This document shows, piece after piece, positions 19,827-30,189 of a stretch of 32,092 nt of DNA. The stretch lies in sequence record SRR22947725_808; one strand, 5' to 3'. Each line of letters opens with the position of its first letter. The first letter of the stretch is position 1. The position numbers and the translations under genes are program-made. The notes beneath the pieces were generated by a model. The model was not told the DNA's origin, made no database searches, and saw nothing but the letters and a program-made list of their open reading frames with translations.

Positions 19827-21244
19827 TGAGAAGATTTGTAAAGTCCAATTTCAGAAATTAATGGAACATCTTTGGAATCAACAATTGTAAACCTTAAATC
19901 TTTAATTATTAAAGGTTTAAATTTTATTAGTCTTTTTTTTCCAATTGTAGTTCCTTTTTCAATTGTAACCCATTTTTCATTTACTTTTATTTCAAATATA
20001 AATTCTTTTATTCTTTGCCCTAGATTGATGTTCTCAGAGATTTCAAAAATATCTACTAATTTTTTATTATCAAGAGTAATGTTAATTATGTTATTATTAC
20101 TTGATTTAAAAGCACAAAACGTATTAATATTCTTATCAATAATCTTATTAATTGGATGGCTTTTGTTATTAAATTCCAATTCAGACTCTTCCATTAAATT
20201 TTTATTAAAAGTATTTTTTAAAAATTTACCAAGCTCTAACATTCTTTGAGCATCATTTTCATGTATTAATCCTCTTTTATCAACAGGTATGTTTAGTAAT
20301 AAAGAACTGTTTAACCCAATCGAATTGAAATAAATATCAATTAATTTATCTAGAGATTTTACTTTGTTATCTTCTTCAGGATGATAATACCAGCCGGGTC
20401 TGATGGAAACATCCGTTTCAGTAGGGATAAAATGAGTTCCAAATTCTTGGCCAGACGAAAACTTATAATAATCTGGCATACCACCATACAAGCTGTCCCG
20501 ATAAATATTTGACCAGGTAGTTTTACTGGCATAACCCTTTTCATTACCAACCCATCTTACATCAAGACCTGCATCACTAAAAATAACAGCGTTTGGTTGT
20601 AGTTTTCTAATTATTTTATGGGTATTTGACCAGTCGTAATAGGTTTTTTTGTCAACTTTTCTAATTTCATTAGCTCCTCCATAGTATCCATCTCCTCCGT
20701 TAGCTCCGTCAAACCAGACTTCAAATATTTCTCCATAACTAGTTAAAAGTTCTGTTAATTGATTTCTGAAATATGTAATATATTTTTCTGTTCCATAATC
20801 TGGGTGATTTCTATCCCAGGGAGATAGGTAAATGCCAAGTTTTAAATTATATTTTTTACATGATTTTTCTAAATCTTTAATTAAATCTCCCTTTCCGTTT
20901 TTCCATGGACTGTTTTTGACTGAGTGTTCCGAATATTTACTTGGCCATAAAGAAAATCCATCGTGATGTTTTGCAGTAATTATTATCCCTTTCATTCCTG
21001 ATTCTTTAATTATTCTAGCCCATTGATCTGTGTCAAGTTCAGAGGGATTAAAAGTTGATGGTGATTCATCACCAAATCCCCATTCCATATTTGTAAATGT
21101 GTTCATGTTAAAATGAATAAATGCATAGTATTCCATTTCCTGCCAAATCTTTTGTCTATTAGATGGAATAGGATTTACAGGTTTATATGATTGATCACAA
21201 GAAAATAGAATTATAATTAAAAGGCTACTTAACATTTTTTTCAT
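19823..21244 (-). CDS. Alpha-L-fucosidase (GH29) lipoprotein with C-terminal F5/8-like domain
   Basis: Lipobox LFS-C, FIHF..NTF..EWG, TAKHHDGF.LWPS, YLSPWD, EVWFDGA, DVSIRPGWYYH, E....GQRI..F, TIG.KRL. Confidence 0.93.
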   Translation of the reverse strand: MKKMLSSLLIIILFSCDQSYKPVNPIPSNRQKIWQEMEYYAFIHFNMNTFTNMEWGFGDESPSTFNPSELDTDQWARIIKESGMKGIIITAKHHDGFSLWPSKYSEHSVKNSPWKNGKGDLIKDLEKSCKKYNLKLGIYLSPWDRNHPDYGTEKYITYFRNQLTELLTSYGEIFEVWFDGANGGDGYYGGANEIRKVDKKTYYDWSNTHKIIRKLQPNAVIFSDAGLDVRWVGNEKGYASKTTWSNIYRDSLYGGMPDYYKFSSGQEFGTHFIPTETDVSIRPGWYYHPEEDNKVKSLDKLIDIYFNSIGLNSSLLLNIPVDKRGLIHENDAQRMLELGKFLKNTFNKNLMEESELEFNNKSHPINKIIDKNINTFCAFKSSNNNIINITLDNKKLVDIFEISENINLGQRIKEFIFEIKVNEKWVTIEKGTTIGKKRLIKFKPLIIKDLRFTIVDSKDVPLISEIGLYKSSQ

Positions 21245-21295
21245 CTTATTAATTTAGGATTTTTATTTTATTAACTTAGATTAAATTTAAGTATA

Positions 21296-22327
21296 ATGTC
21301 AAAAATACTAGTTACTGGAGGTTTAGGTTATATTGGAAGTCATACTGTAGTCGAGTTGCATAATCAAGGTTATGAAGTTGTAATAATTGATGATTTATCC
21401 AATACATCATTGAATGTGTTAGAAAGTATTCATAAAATCACTAATTCCTCAATTAAGTTTGTTGAGTTGGATTTAAAAAACTCTGTAAAGACAAAAGAAT
21501 TTGTATCAAGTAATAAAGAAATTGATGGTGTGATACATTTCGCAGCTTCAAAAGCAGTTGGAGAAAGTGTTGAAAACCCCTTAAAATACTATACTAATAA
21601 TCTTTTTTCTTTGACTAATTTATTGAACGAATTAAAGAATTTAAATAAAGAAATAAATTTTATTTTCAGTTCTTCAGCTACTGTATATGGCGACCCTAAA
21701 ATTTTACCAATAACTGAATCTGAGCCTATTAAAAAGGCGGAATCTCCTTATGGAAATACAAAGCAAATAGGAGAAGAGATAATTAAAGATCTTGTTAATT
21801 CCAGTTCTAATTTTAATGCTATTTCACTTAGATATTTTAATCCAATTGGAGCACATCCATCCGCTTTAATTGGAGAACTGCCAATTGGAATTCCACAAAA
21901 TTTAGTTCCATATATTACACAAACAGCAATAGGAAAAAGAAATGAATTAACAGTTTTTGGAGATAATTATTTAACAAGAGATGGTTCTTGCATAAGAGAT
22001 TATATTCATGTTGTAGATTTAGCAAAAGCTCACATAAAATCTTTAGAAAAACTTATTAAGGAATTTAGTAAAAATTATTACGATGCTTTTAATATTGGAA
22101 CAGGTAAAGGAACTTCTGTTTTAGAACTAATTAGTTGTTTTGAATCTGTTAGCGGAAAGAAATTGAATTTTAGAATTGGAGAACGTAGAAAGGGAGATAT
22201 TGCAAAATGTTTTGCTGATGTTTCTAAAGCAAATGAATTATTAAATTGGAAATCGAAACACTCAATTGAGGATGCTCTTTTATCTTCTTGGAATTGGGAA
22301 AAACATATAAAAAATGAAAAATTATAA
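21296..22327 (+). CDS. galE: UDP-glucose 4-epimerase
   Basis: TGGLGYIGSHT, HFAA.KAVGESV, FSSSATVYG, YGNTK, LRYFNPIGAH, RDYIHVVDLA. Confidence 0.97.
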   Translation: MSKILVTGGLGYIGSHTVVELHNQGYEVVIIDDLSNTSLNVLESIHKITNSSIKFVELDLKNSVKTKEFVSSNKEIDGVIHFAASKAVGESVENPLKYYTNNLFSLTNLLNELKNLNKEINFIFSSSATVYGDPKILPITESEPIKKAESPYGNTKQIGEEIIKDLVNSSSNFNAISLRYFNPIGAHPSALIGELPIGIPQNLVPYITQTAIGKRNELTVFGDNYLTRDGSCIRDYIHVVDLAKAHIKSLEKLIKEFSKNYYDAFNIGTGKGTSVLELISCFESVSGKKLNFRIGERRKGDIAKCFADVSKANELLNWKSKHSIEDALLSSWNWEKHIKNEKL

Positions 22328-23696
22328 CAGAAGAAATTTTTTAAAAAAATCAACACTCGGTGCTGTTGCTGCTTCTACTCTGAGTATTAGTTGTCAAGAG
22401 AATATGTCTAAGCCATCTCCTGGAAAGTATATGGGTGATTTTTTTGATAAACCTTTGAAAAATGTTAAAGCAGCGTTTATTGGACTTGGCGCAAGAGGGC
22501 CAGGTCATTTAAAAAATTTTTCAACCTTAAATAATACGCAAGTAGTAGCTTTGTGTGATTTGTATGAAGATAATGTAAAAAGAGAATCAACAAGACTTAA
22601 GAATTATAATAAAAGTTCAAATAACGTCAAGTTATATTGGGGAAGTGAAAACATTTGGAAAACAATGCTAAAAGAAACCAAACCTGATATAGTTTTTATT
22701 TGTACAAATTGGAAAAATCACGCCCCTATGGTTATTCAAACCATGCTTGATGGGGCTCATGCATTTTGTGAAGTTCCTCTTGCGATAAGCACCAGTGAAA
22801 TGTGGGATATTGTTAATACATCTGAAAAAACTCAGAAACATTGTATGATGATGGAAAATGTTAATTATGGAAGAGAAGAATTAATGTATTTAAATATGTG
22901 CAGGAAAGGCGTTATTGGTGACCTCTTACATGCAGAAGCTGCGTATATTCATGAACTTAGGTTTCAAATGAATCAAGAAGAAAGAGGAACAGGGTCATGG
23001 AGAACAAATCATTATGCTGAAGGAAATGGTAATTTATATCCAACTCATGGGCTTGGCCCTGTAGCTCAATATATGAATATAGCTAGAAAAGAGGATAATT
23101 TTAAAACAATTGTTTCGTACTCAACACCTGCTATAGGAAGAAAATTATATGCTAATAAGAATTTTGATAAAGATCATAAATGGAATAAATTAAACTACAA
23201 CAATGGAGATTTAAACACTTCAATTATAAAAACAAATTTAGGAAGAACAATCCTAGTTCAATGGGATGAAACAAGTCCTAGGCCATATACTAGACATAAT
23301 TTAATTCAAGGCTCAAAAGGTACGCTTACAGGTTTTCCAACAAGAGTTGCTCTAGAAAGTGGTTTTGAAGGAGTTTCTAAAGATCATCACTCATGGATTC
23401 AAGGAAAAGATTTAGAATTATTATATGAAAAATATGATCATCCTTTATATAAAAGATTAAATTCTAAAACAAAAAAATCAGGGCATGGCGGTATGGATGG
23501 TATAATGATGTATCGAATTGTAGAATGTTTGCAAAAAGGTTTACCGCTTGATCAAAATGTATATGAAGGATGCTTTTGGAGCGCTGTAACCCCTTTGAGT
23601 GGAAAGTCAATTAATGAGGACGGAATGCCACAAGAATTTCCGGATTTTACAAGAGGAAATTGGAAAAAAACAGCTCCACTTAATATAATAACTTAA
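22314..23696 (+). CDS. Gfo/Idh/MocA-fold NAD+-dependent glycosidase, GH109 (alpha-N-acetylgalactosaminidase-like), Tat lipoprotein
   Basis: NRRNFLK Tat motif plus SIS-C, IGLGARG, CEVP, MENVNY, AAYIH, YPTHGLGP, PRPY.R, GHGGMD, FPDFTRG. Confidence 0.88.
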   Translation: MKNYNRRNFLKKSTLGAVAASTLSISCQENMSKPSPGKYMGDFFDKPLKNVKAAFIGLGARGPGHLKNFSTLNNTQVVALCDLYEDNVKRESTRLKNYNKSSNNVKLYWGSENIWKTMLKETKPDIVFICTNWKNHAPMVIQTMLDGAHAFCEVPLAISTSEMWDIVNTSEKTQKHCMMMENVNYGREELMYLNMCRKGVIGDLLHAEAAYIHELRFQMNQEERGTGSWRTNHYAEGNGNLYPTHGLGPVAQYMNIARKEDNFKTIVSYSTPAIGRKLYANKNFDKDHKWNKLNYNNGDLNTSIIKTNLGRTILVQWDETSPRPYTRHNLIQGSKGTLTGFPTRVALESGFEGVSKDHHSWIQGKDLELLYEKYDHPLYKRLNSKTKKSGHGGMDGIMMYRIVECLQKGLPLDQNVYEGCFWSAVTPLSGKSINEDGMPQEFPDFTRGNWKKTAPLNIIT

Positions 23697-23699
23697 ATT

Positions 23700-24542
23700 A
23701 TGATTAATGATTCTTTAATCATTTTGGCAGCTGGTCTTTCATCCAGAATGAAAAAATCAGTTTCAAGCAAAAATTTAAGCAAACGTTCAATTGAACAAGC
23801 CAATAGTAGAGATAAAGGATTAATTGGAATAGATAAAAACGGTAGGCCTTTAATTCATTATTTATTAATTAATGCTAAGATAGCAGGGTTTAAAGTCATT
23901 TATTTAGTAATTGGACAAAATTCTGATAGCTTTAAAAGCTATTTTGATGAAAATAAATATGATGGTTTAGATATTGAATTTGCAGTTCAATATCTTGAAA
24001 AAAACAAGCTAAAACCCTCCGGAACTGCCGATGCATTGTTTCAGGCTATTACTCAATTTCCAATACTAAAATCCTCAAATTTCTGTGTTTGTAATAGTGA
24101 TAATTTGTACTCAGCAAAAGCACTTAGAAGTATTAGGTCTACCTCCTTCTCTAATGCCTTTATTTCTTATGATAAAAGTTTTTTAAATTTTAGTTCAGCA
24201 AAAGTAAGTTCATTTTCAATTTTAAAGCTTAATAAAAACGGATATTTAGTTAATATTTTAGAAAAACCAACAACGAAAGACTTTGATTTATTCAAAGATA
24301 ATGGCGGAAAAATCAGAGTAAGCATGAATCTTTTTAAATTTAATGGCTCAGTTTTTTATGATTATTTAAAAAATTGTCCTTTTGATGTATTAAGAAACGA
24401 AAAAGAATTGCCAACTGCTGTTTTGAACTTAGCTAAAGATCAACCAAGTTCTGTTTATGGAATACCATTTGAAGAACACGTTCCTGACCTAACATCTAAA
24501 GATGATATTATTGTTTTAAATAAATTATTAAACCAAAAATAG
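23700..24542 (+). CDS. Sugar-phosphate nucleotidyltransferase family protein
   Basis: ILAAGLSSRMK, KP.GTADA, CNSDNLY, LEKP, SMN, EKELP, DLTSK.D. Confidence 0.85.
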   Translation: MINDSLIILAAGLSSRMKKSVSSKNLSKRSIEQANSRDKGLIGIDKNGRPLIHYLLINAKIAGFKVIYLVIGQNSDSFKSYFDENKYDGLDIEFAVQYLEKNKLKPSGTADALFQAITQFPILKSSNFCVCNSDNLYSAKALRSIRSTSFSNAFISYDKSFLNFSSAKVSSFSILKLNKNGYLVNILEKPTTKDFDLFKDNGGKIRVSMNLFKFNGSVFYDYLKNCPFDVLRNEKELPTAVLNLAKDQPSSVYGIPFEEHVPDLTSKDDIIVLNKLLNQK

Positions 24543-24544
24543 CT

Positions 24545-25876
24545 TTATTTTAAAATATGAAACTCCCACCCTTTAAGGGTATTGCTTTCTAATGTATAGT
24601 TAGTTTTTTTAATTATACTTTGAAAATTTCCTTTGATTCCAGTTTTAAATTCTAATATTTCATCTGAAAGATTTGCAATGAAGTATATTGATTCATTTGC
24701 TTTAGATCTTTTAAAGCATACTATATTTTTATTTTCTATTTCAATTACTTCAAATTTAACTTTTGAGTCAATATTTAATAAATTATTTTCTTTCTTTATT
24801 AGGTTCAAATTTGAATAAAAGTCATAAAAATCAGATTTGTTTTTTGGTATAAAATCTTTTTCGAAAAATTCTAATCTTTTTTCTAAACCATATTCCTGTC
24901 CATTGTAAATCAGAGGCATTCCAGGGAGAAAGTAGGTGAGTGCTCCAAATGTTTTAGCTCCTTTTCCATATCTGTCGAAAACTGTTCCAGCCCAAGTATT
25001 CTCATCATGATTGGATGTAAAGTTCATTAAAATATGATCTGAGCTGTAGTCATTTATATTTCTATTAATATTTTCTATTAAATCATCAGAGTTGTTTTCT
25101 TTTTTATATATGTTATTTAATACGTGATGTCCAGACCAATTATAACTCATATCAAACATTTCAATAAGCTCAAATCCACCAGGATGGTATCCATCTGATT
25201 CTGCCAACATTAAAACATTTTTTATGTTTTTAAGCCTATCAATAGATTTTTTCCAGAAGGAAGGAGGGCAACTGTGTGCAGCATCTAGTCTATATCCATC
25301 AATATCGTGTTCTTTTACCCAGTATTCCATTGCTTCAATCATTTCATTCTGCATCTCCATATTATCAAAATTAAGATCAGCTACATCTGTCCAACCCCAT
25401 GATTGACCAGTGTCGGGATTAATTGGGTCTGTAATCTCTCCATTACTGTCTTTTGTATAATATTCTGGGTTTGTATTTATCCAATCATGATCCCAGCCTG
25501 TATGATTTGCTACCCAATCAAGAATTACTAACATATCGTTTTTATGTGCTTCTGCAATTAATTCGTCAAGATCTTTTTTACTTCCGAATTCTGGATTTAC
25601 TTCTTTGTAATCTGAAATAGAATAATAACTTCCAAGTGTTCCTTTTCTTTTAATTTTTGATATAGGGTGAATAGGCATAAGCCATATTATTTTTACTCCT
25701 AAATCTTTTAGTTTGTGAATGTCTTTAGTAAAATCATCAAAATTACCAGTCTTAGAATATTGCCTAATATTTACTTCATAAATCACTCCGTTTTCAATAT
25801 TATCAATAGGAAAAGATTTATTATTGTTTTGGCATGAAACACTTAAAAGAGTTATAAAAAGTAATAATTTTTTCAT
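24545..25876 (-). CDS. GH13 alpha-amylase-family lipoprotein
   Basis: Lipobox SVS-C, IYEVNIRQY, WLMPIHP, DWVANH, GYRLDAAH (nucleophile), LAE (acid/base), SNHDE, PLIYNGQE. Confidence 0.93.
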   Translation of the reverse strand: MKKLLLFITLLSVSCQNNNKSFPIDNIENGVIYEVNIRQYSKTGNFDDFTKDIHKLKDLGVKIIWLMPIHPISKIKRKGTLGSYYSISDYKEVNPEFGSKKDLDELIAEAHKNDMLVILDWVANHTGWDHDWINTNPEYYTKDSNGEITDPINPDTGQSWGWTDVADLNFDNMEMQNEMIEAMEYWVKEHDIDGYRLDAAHSCPPSFWKKSIDRLKNIKNVLMLAESDGYHPGGFELIEMFDMSYNWSGHHVLNNIYKKENNSDDLIENINRNINDYSSDHILMNFTSNHDENTWAGTVFDRYGKGAKTFGALTYFLPGMPLIYNGQEYGLEKRLEFFEKDFIPKNKSDFYDFYSNLNLIKKENNLLNIDSKVKFEVIEIENKNIVCFKRSKANESIYFIANLSDEILEFKTGIKGNFQSIIKKTNYTLESNTLKGWEFHILK

Positions 25877-25878
25877 TT

Positions 25879-28182
25879 TTAATTAATTTTAATTGTTTTA
25901 GGATAAATTGTTATTTCTTGGTTATTTAACATAATATCAATTTTTTCTCCACTTAATAAATTTATTTTAGTTTCATTTTTGTTAATTAACACATTAATTT
26001 TTCTGTTTTTAATATTAAGTTTAAAACTATAATTGTCCCATTTTTCTGGAATATTTGTGTTCAAATAAAGTTTGTTTTCAAATATTTTAACACCAGCAAA
26101 TCCTTCGATAATACTCATCCATGAACCGCCCATTGAGGTTATATGTAAGCCTTGTTTAATTTCTTTATTATAGTCATCTAAATCCAGCCTACTAGCTCTA
26201 ATGTAATAATCGTATGCCTTTTCAGTATTATTAATTCTTGAGGCTAAAACACTATGTATGCACGCTGAAAGTGAGGATTCGTGAACTGTAAATTGTTCAT
26301 AATAATTAAAATTACTTTCTAATTCTGATTTAGAAAAATGATCTTCGAAAAAATAGAACCCTTGTAATACATCTGCCTGTTTAATATATGGAGATCTAAG
26401 AATTTTATCCCATGACCAATTTTGATTAATAGGTCTTTGATTTGTTGGAATACTATTAATTGGTTGTAAATCTTTATTTAAAAAACCGTCATTTTGAATA
26501 AATACATTTAAATCTTTTGAAAATGGTAGATACATGTTTTTAATAATTTTTTTCCAGCTTGAAATTTCATTTGTAGTTAAGTTGTTTGTTTTTAAAATAA
26601 ATTCATTACTAACGTTTGCTCTATTTGCGATTTCTGAAAGTTGTTCAATTGTATATTCTAAACACCATCTCGCACTATAATTAGTGTACCAATTATTGTC
26701 AATATTATTTTCATATTCATTTGGACCTGTAACACCAAGAATTACATATTTATTTAATGCTTTAGAAAAGTTTACTCTTTGTTTCCAGAATCTTGAAATA
26801 GCAATTAATATTTTTATACCCTTATTTTCTAAGAAACCATAATCCTCAGTAGAATTTATATATTTTTTAATTGCTTGTGCGATTGCTGCATTTCTATGAA
26901 TTTCTTCAAATGTAATTTCCCATTCGTTATGACATTCTTCGCCGTTAACAGTTACCATTGGATAAAGAGCAGCTCCATTGTTTAATCCTATTTTTTCTGC
27001 ATTTTTGATAGCATTGTTAAGCTGTTTATAGCGCTGGTTGAGTAGATTTTTAGCAACAATTGAATCCTTGGTTCCTAGGTAAAAAGGCACACAATATGCT
27101 TCAGTATCCCAGTATGTTACCCCTCCGTATTTTTCACCTGTAAAACCTTTTGGACCAATATTTAAACTAGGGTCATTTCCATTAAAAGTTTGATTTAAAT
27201 GAAAAATATTGAATCTAATTGCTTGTTGAGACTTAACATCCCCGTTTATTATTACATCGGAATCTCGCCATATTTTGTTCCATTCTACAGCGTTTTCTTT
27301 ACATAAATCAATAAATCCTTTTTTTAATGCATTTTTACTTTCTTTATCGATTATGTTAATAAAATCTTTTTTTTCAGAATCATTAGAATTTACATATCCT
27401 CCAATTTTAAAAATAGTCAATTCGTCATTTTTATTAAGAATAAAATCTGTTTTAGATCCTATTAAACTCTTATCATCACTTTTAATATAATTTCCATCAA
27501 TCTTTTTATTATTTAGATAGTGAATTGTATTAGAAAAAGTTGATATTTCAAATTCTGAATTGATAACCTTAGAATTTACAATACTTAAATTATTTTTTGT
27601 AATTGAATCGGTTGTTTCTAAAAATGGTTCATTCCAGTTAGAATCATTATTTCTTGTACTTATATCAATACAAGGTAAAATTTCAATATTAATATCGTTA
27701 TCAAATACTTTTATTTTATAATTTATAGCACCAATATTTACTCTTTTTAATGAAATGAATTTTTTAGATTGGATTTCAATTTTTATAGAGCTATTTGTTA
27801 GAACTAAAGCTTTTCTTTCACACCATCCTTCTTTCATATTTAATTCTCTTTTATATGAAAGAACTTTACATTTGTTTAAATCTAAAATTTCCTTGTTTAT
27901 TGAAATTCTAATTTTGTTCCAGTTTGGACAATTTACCATTTTCGCGAAATATTCTGGATATCCTTTTTTCCACCAACCTACTTTTGTCTTATCACGATAA
28001 TATATTCCACTAATATAGTTTCCTATTGTTTTATCATTAGAAAAATCTTCCTCAAAATTTCCTCTTTGTCCAATTTTTCCGTTTCCTAAACTAAAAATAC
28101 TTTCAGAATCAATCATTTTAGTTGAATCGAATTTATTTTCAATTATTGACCAAGGATCTAGAACGTATTTATTTTCAAGCAT
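25879..28182 (-). CDS. GH65 maltose phosphorylase
   Basis: ESIFSLGNG..G.RGNFEE, KGFTGEKYGG.TYWDTE, EEIHRN, GPNEY, IKQADV, HESSLS. Located next to pgmB. Confidence 0.93.
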   Translation of the reverse strand: MLENKYVLDPWSIIENKFDSTKMIDSESIFSLGNGKIGQRGNFEEDFSNDKTIGNYISGIYYRDKTKVGWWKKGYPEYFAKMVNCPNWNKIRISINKEILDLNKCKVLSYKRELNMKEGWCERKALVLTNSSIKIEIQSKKFISLKRVNIGAINYKIKVFDNDINIEILPCIDISTRNNDSNWNEPFLETTDSITKNNLSIVNSKVINSEFEISTFSNTIHYLNNKKIDGNYIKSDDKSLIGSKTDFILNKNDELTIFKIGGYVNSNDSEKKDFINIIDKESKNALKKGFIDLCKENAVEWNKIWRDSDVIINGDVKSQQAIRFNIFHLNQTFNGNDPSLNIGPKGFTGEKYGGVTYWDTEAYCVPFYLGTKDSIVAKNLLNQRYKQLNNAIKNAEKIGLNNGAALYPMVTVNGEECHNEWEITFEEIHRNAAIAQAIKKYINSTEDYGFLENKGIKILIAISRFWKQRVNFSKALNKYVILGVTGPNEYENNIDNNWYTNYSARWCLEYTIEQLSEIANRANVSNEFILKTNNLTTNEISSWKKIIKNMYLPFSKDLNVFIQNDGFLNKDLQPINSIPTNQRPINQNWSWDKILRSPYIKQADVLQGFYFFEDHFSKSELESNFNYYEQFTVHESSLSACIHSVLASRINNTEKAYDYYIRASRLDLDDYNKEIKQGLHITSMGGSWMSIIEGFAGVKIFENKLYLNTNIPEKWDNYSFKLNIKNRKINVLINKNETKINLLSGEKIDIMLNNQEITIYPKTIKIN

Positions 28183-28184
28183 TA

Positions 28185-28826
28185 TTAAAATTCTTTTAAT
28201 TTTATTTCCTCAAACCTTTTATAAACTTTATCTGCAATTTCTAATTTATTAGAAACACCTATTCCAATAGTTGTCATATTTATTTTATTTCCTGCAATTA
28301 TTCCAGCTTCGGAGTCTTCAAATACTACACAATCTTCTGGATTTGATTTTGTTAGCTTAGAAGCTAATATAAACCCCTCTGGATCTGGCTTAGATGCTTT
28401 TACACTATTTCCGTCAACAATAGCATCAAAGTATGAGTAAAGGTTTAGTTTACGTAATATAAATTTGGCATTTTTACTAGATGAATAAAGTGCAATTGTA
28501 TGGTTTCTATGTTTTGCCTTTTTAATGAAGTCATCGACACCTTCAATAATATTTGATGAGTCTATGTTAGATATTTTTTTTAAATAGAGTTCGTTTTTTG
28601 TGTTTAAAAGCTTCTTGAATTCTTTTGAATCAAGACTTTGATTAGCCCATTTTAAAATTTTTTCTAAACATTCAGATCTGCTTACACCTTTTAATTCTTC
28701 GTTTTTCTCAGGACTTAGATCATAGTTTAATTTGATACAAATTGATTTCCATGCATCAAAATGATAATCTTCAGTATTTGTAATAACACCATCTAAATCA
28801 AATATAAAAGTTGGTAAAGTTTTCAT
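28185..28826 (-). CDS. pgmB: Beta-phosphoglucomutase (HAD)
   Basis: FDLDGVI, H..AWK, LKGVSR, SSSKNA, KPDPE, FEDS.AGI. Adjacent to GH65. Confidence 0.92.
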   Translation of the reverse strand: MKTLPTFIFDLDGVITNTEDYHFDAWKSICIKLNYDLSPEKNEELKGVSRSECLEKILKWANQSLDSKEFKKLLNTKNELYLKKISNIDSSNIIEGVDDFIKKAKHRNHTIALYSSSKNAKFILRKLNLYSYFDAIVDGNSVKASKPDPEGFILASKLTKSNPEDCVVFEDSEAGIIAGNKINMTTIGIGVSNKLEIADKVYKRFEEIKLKEF

Positions 28827-28827
28827 A

Positions 28828-30189
28828 CTAATAACTAATTGTTTTTTTATCGTTTATTAGTAAATTCAATAATCCAGCAATAATTAAGGATAAACCTGCA
28901 ACTACCATTGAAAATATTACTTTATCTCCAATTAAGTTGGTTAATAAATTTATCCCTCCAATGGCCGCAATTATTTGAGGTATTACAATAAACATATTAA
29001 AAATACCCATGCTAGTCCCCATACTTTCCTCTTTTACAGAACTTGACAACATAGCATAAGGCATAGACAAAATACTTCCCCAGGATATTCCGATTAAACT
29101 AAAAGAAATGAGTAATAGGTTGTGATTTGAGATAAAGTACATTGATATAAAACCAATTCCACCTGCTATTAAGGACCAAAGGTGTATTTTTTTTCTGTTT
29201 ATTATTTTTTTTGAAGTATATAGTGTTAATATTAATGCAAATAACATTGAGGATAGCCCATATGATCCCATATAAGATCCGGTAAGATTTGAAGCTTTTT
29301 GAAAATTTAAATTTTCTGAATTATATTGAGCTAATTCAACTTTATTTGACAAGTCGAAATCACTCATTATTGGTATAGGGGCATTGAATACATGTTCCGT
29401 TATGGCTGGATTTGCCATACTCCACATTGTAAAAAATGCAAACCAACTGAAAAACTGAATTAAACCTAGTTTTTTCATTGTTAATGGCATATCAATGAAA
29501 TGTTTGGTGAATTCATTTAACATAGATTTGAAACTTCTATTTTGTTTTTGTCTAAATTTCTTCAAGTCTTTTGGAGGGTATTCTTTTGTCGTAAAAATCG
29601 TGTAAAGTATTGATGTGAGGAAAACAAATGCTCCAATTGCAAATGCAAGTTTTACGGAATCTGGAATTACACCAGGTTCAGCTACATCACTTACACCTAA
29701 ACTACTGACAAAATAAGGTAAGTTGCTAGCAATCCATGTTCCAATACCTATTATTAAAGTTTGAGTTACAAATCCATATGATCTTTGTGAATCTGGAAGC
29801 TTATCAGCTACAAGAGCTCTAAATGGCTCCATGCTTATGTTTATAGATGCATCAAGAATCCATAAAAATCCAGCAGCCATCCACAATGTTGATGAATAAG
29901 GAACAAAAAATAAAGTTACAGAACTAAGTATGGCACCGATTAGAAAATAAGGTTTTCTTCTACCAAGAACGGAATGCCAGGTGTTATCGCTTAGATAACC
30001 TATTATTGGTTGAACAATTAAACCTGTTAGTGGTGCTGCTATCCACAAAAGAGGGATGCTGGCTTCTTCAACGCCTAAAGTTTGAAAAATTCTAGACATA
30101 AATCCACCTTGTAAAGCAAATCCGAATTGAATTCCTAAGAATCCAAAACTCATATTCCATATTTCCCAAAAACCTAATTTCTTTTTCAT
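28828..30189 (-). CDS. MFS (SLC45/GPH-like) maltose/sugar transporter
   Basis: IWNMSFGFLGIQFGFALQ, QPIIGYLSD, GRRKPY, N.SMEPFRALVAD, QFFSWFA, GIFNMFIVIPQ. Confidence 0.92.
   Translation of the reverse strand: MKKKLGFWEIWNMSFGFLGIQFGFALQGGFMSRIFQTLGVEEASIPLLWIAAPLTGLIVQPIIGYLSDNTWHSVLGRRKPYFLIGAILSSVTLFFVPYSSTLWMAAGFLWILDASINISMEPFRALVADKLPDSQRSYGFVTQTLIIGIGTWIASNLPYFVSSLGVSDVAEPGVIPDSVKLAFAIGAFVFLTSILYTIFTTKEYPPKDLKKFRQKQNRSFKSMLNEFTKHFIDMPLTMKKLGLIQFFSWFAFFTMWSMANPAITEHVFNAPIPIMSDFDLSNKVELAQYNSENLNFQKASNLTGSYMGSYGLSSMLFALILTLYTSKKIINRKKIHLWSLIAGGIGFISMYFISNHNLLLISFSLIGISWGSILSMPYAMLSSSVKEESMGTSMGIFNMFIVIPQIIAAIGGINLLTNLIGDKVIFSMVVAGLSLIIAGLLNLLINDKKTISY

Noticed and set aside
161..28000. 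Short 60-129 aa ORFs in the track nested within or antisense to long genes (e.g. 161-457, 4281-4565, 12424-12813, 19872-20249, 27755-28000)
   Set aside because: They are shadow frames of well-supported genes with no recognisable motifs.
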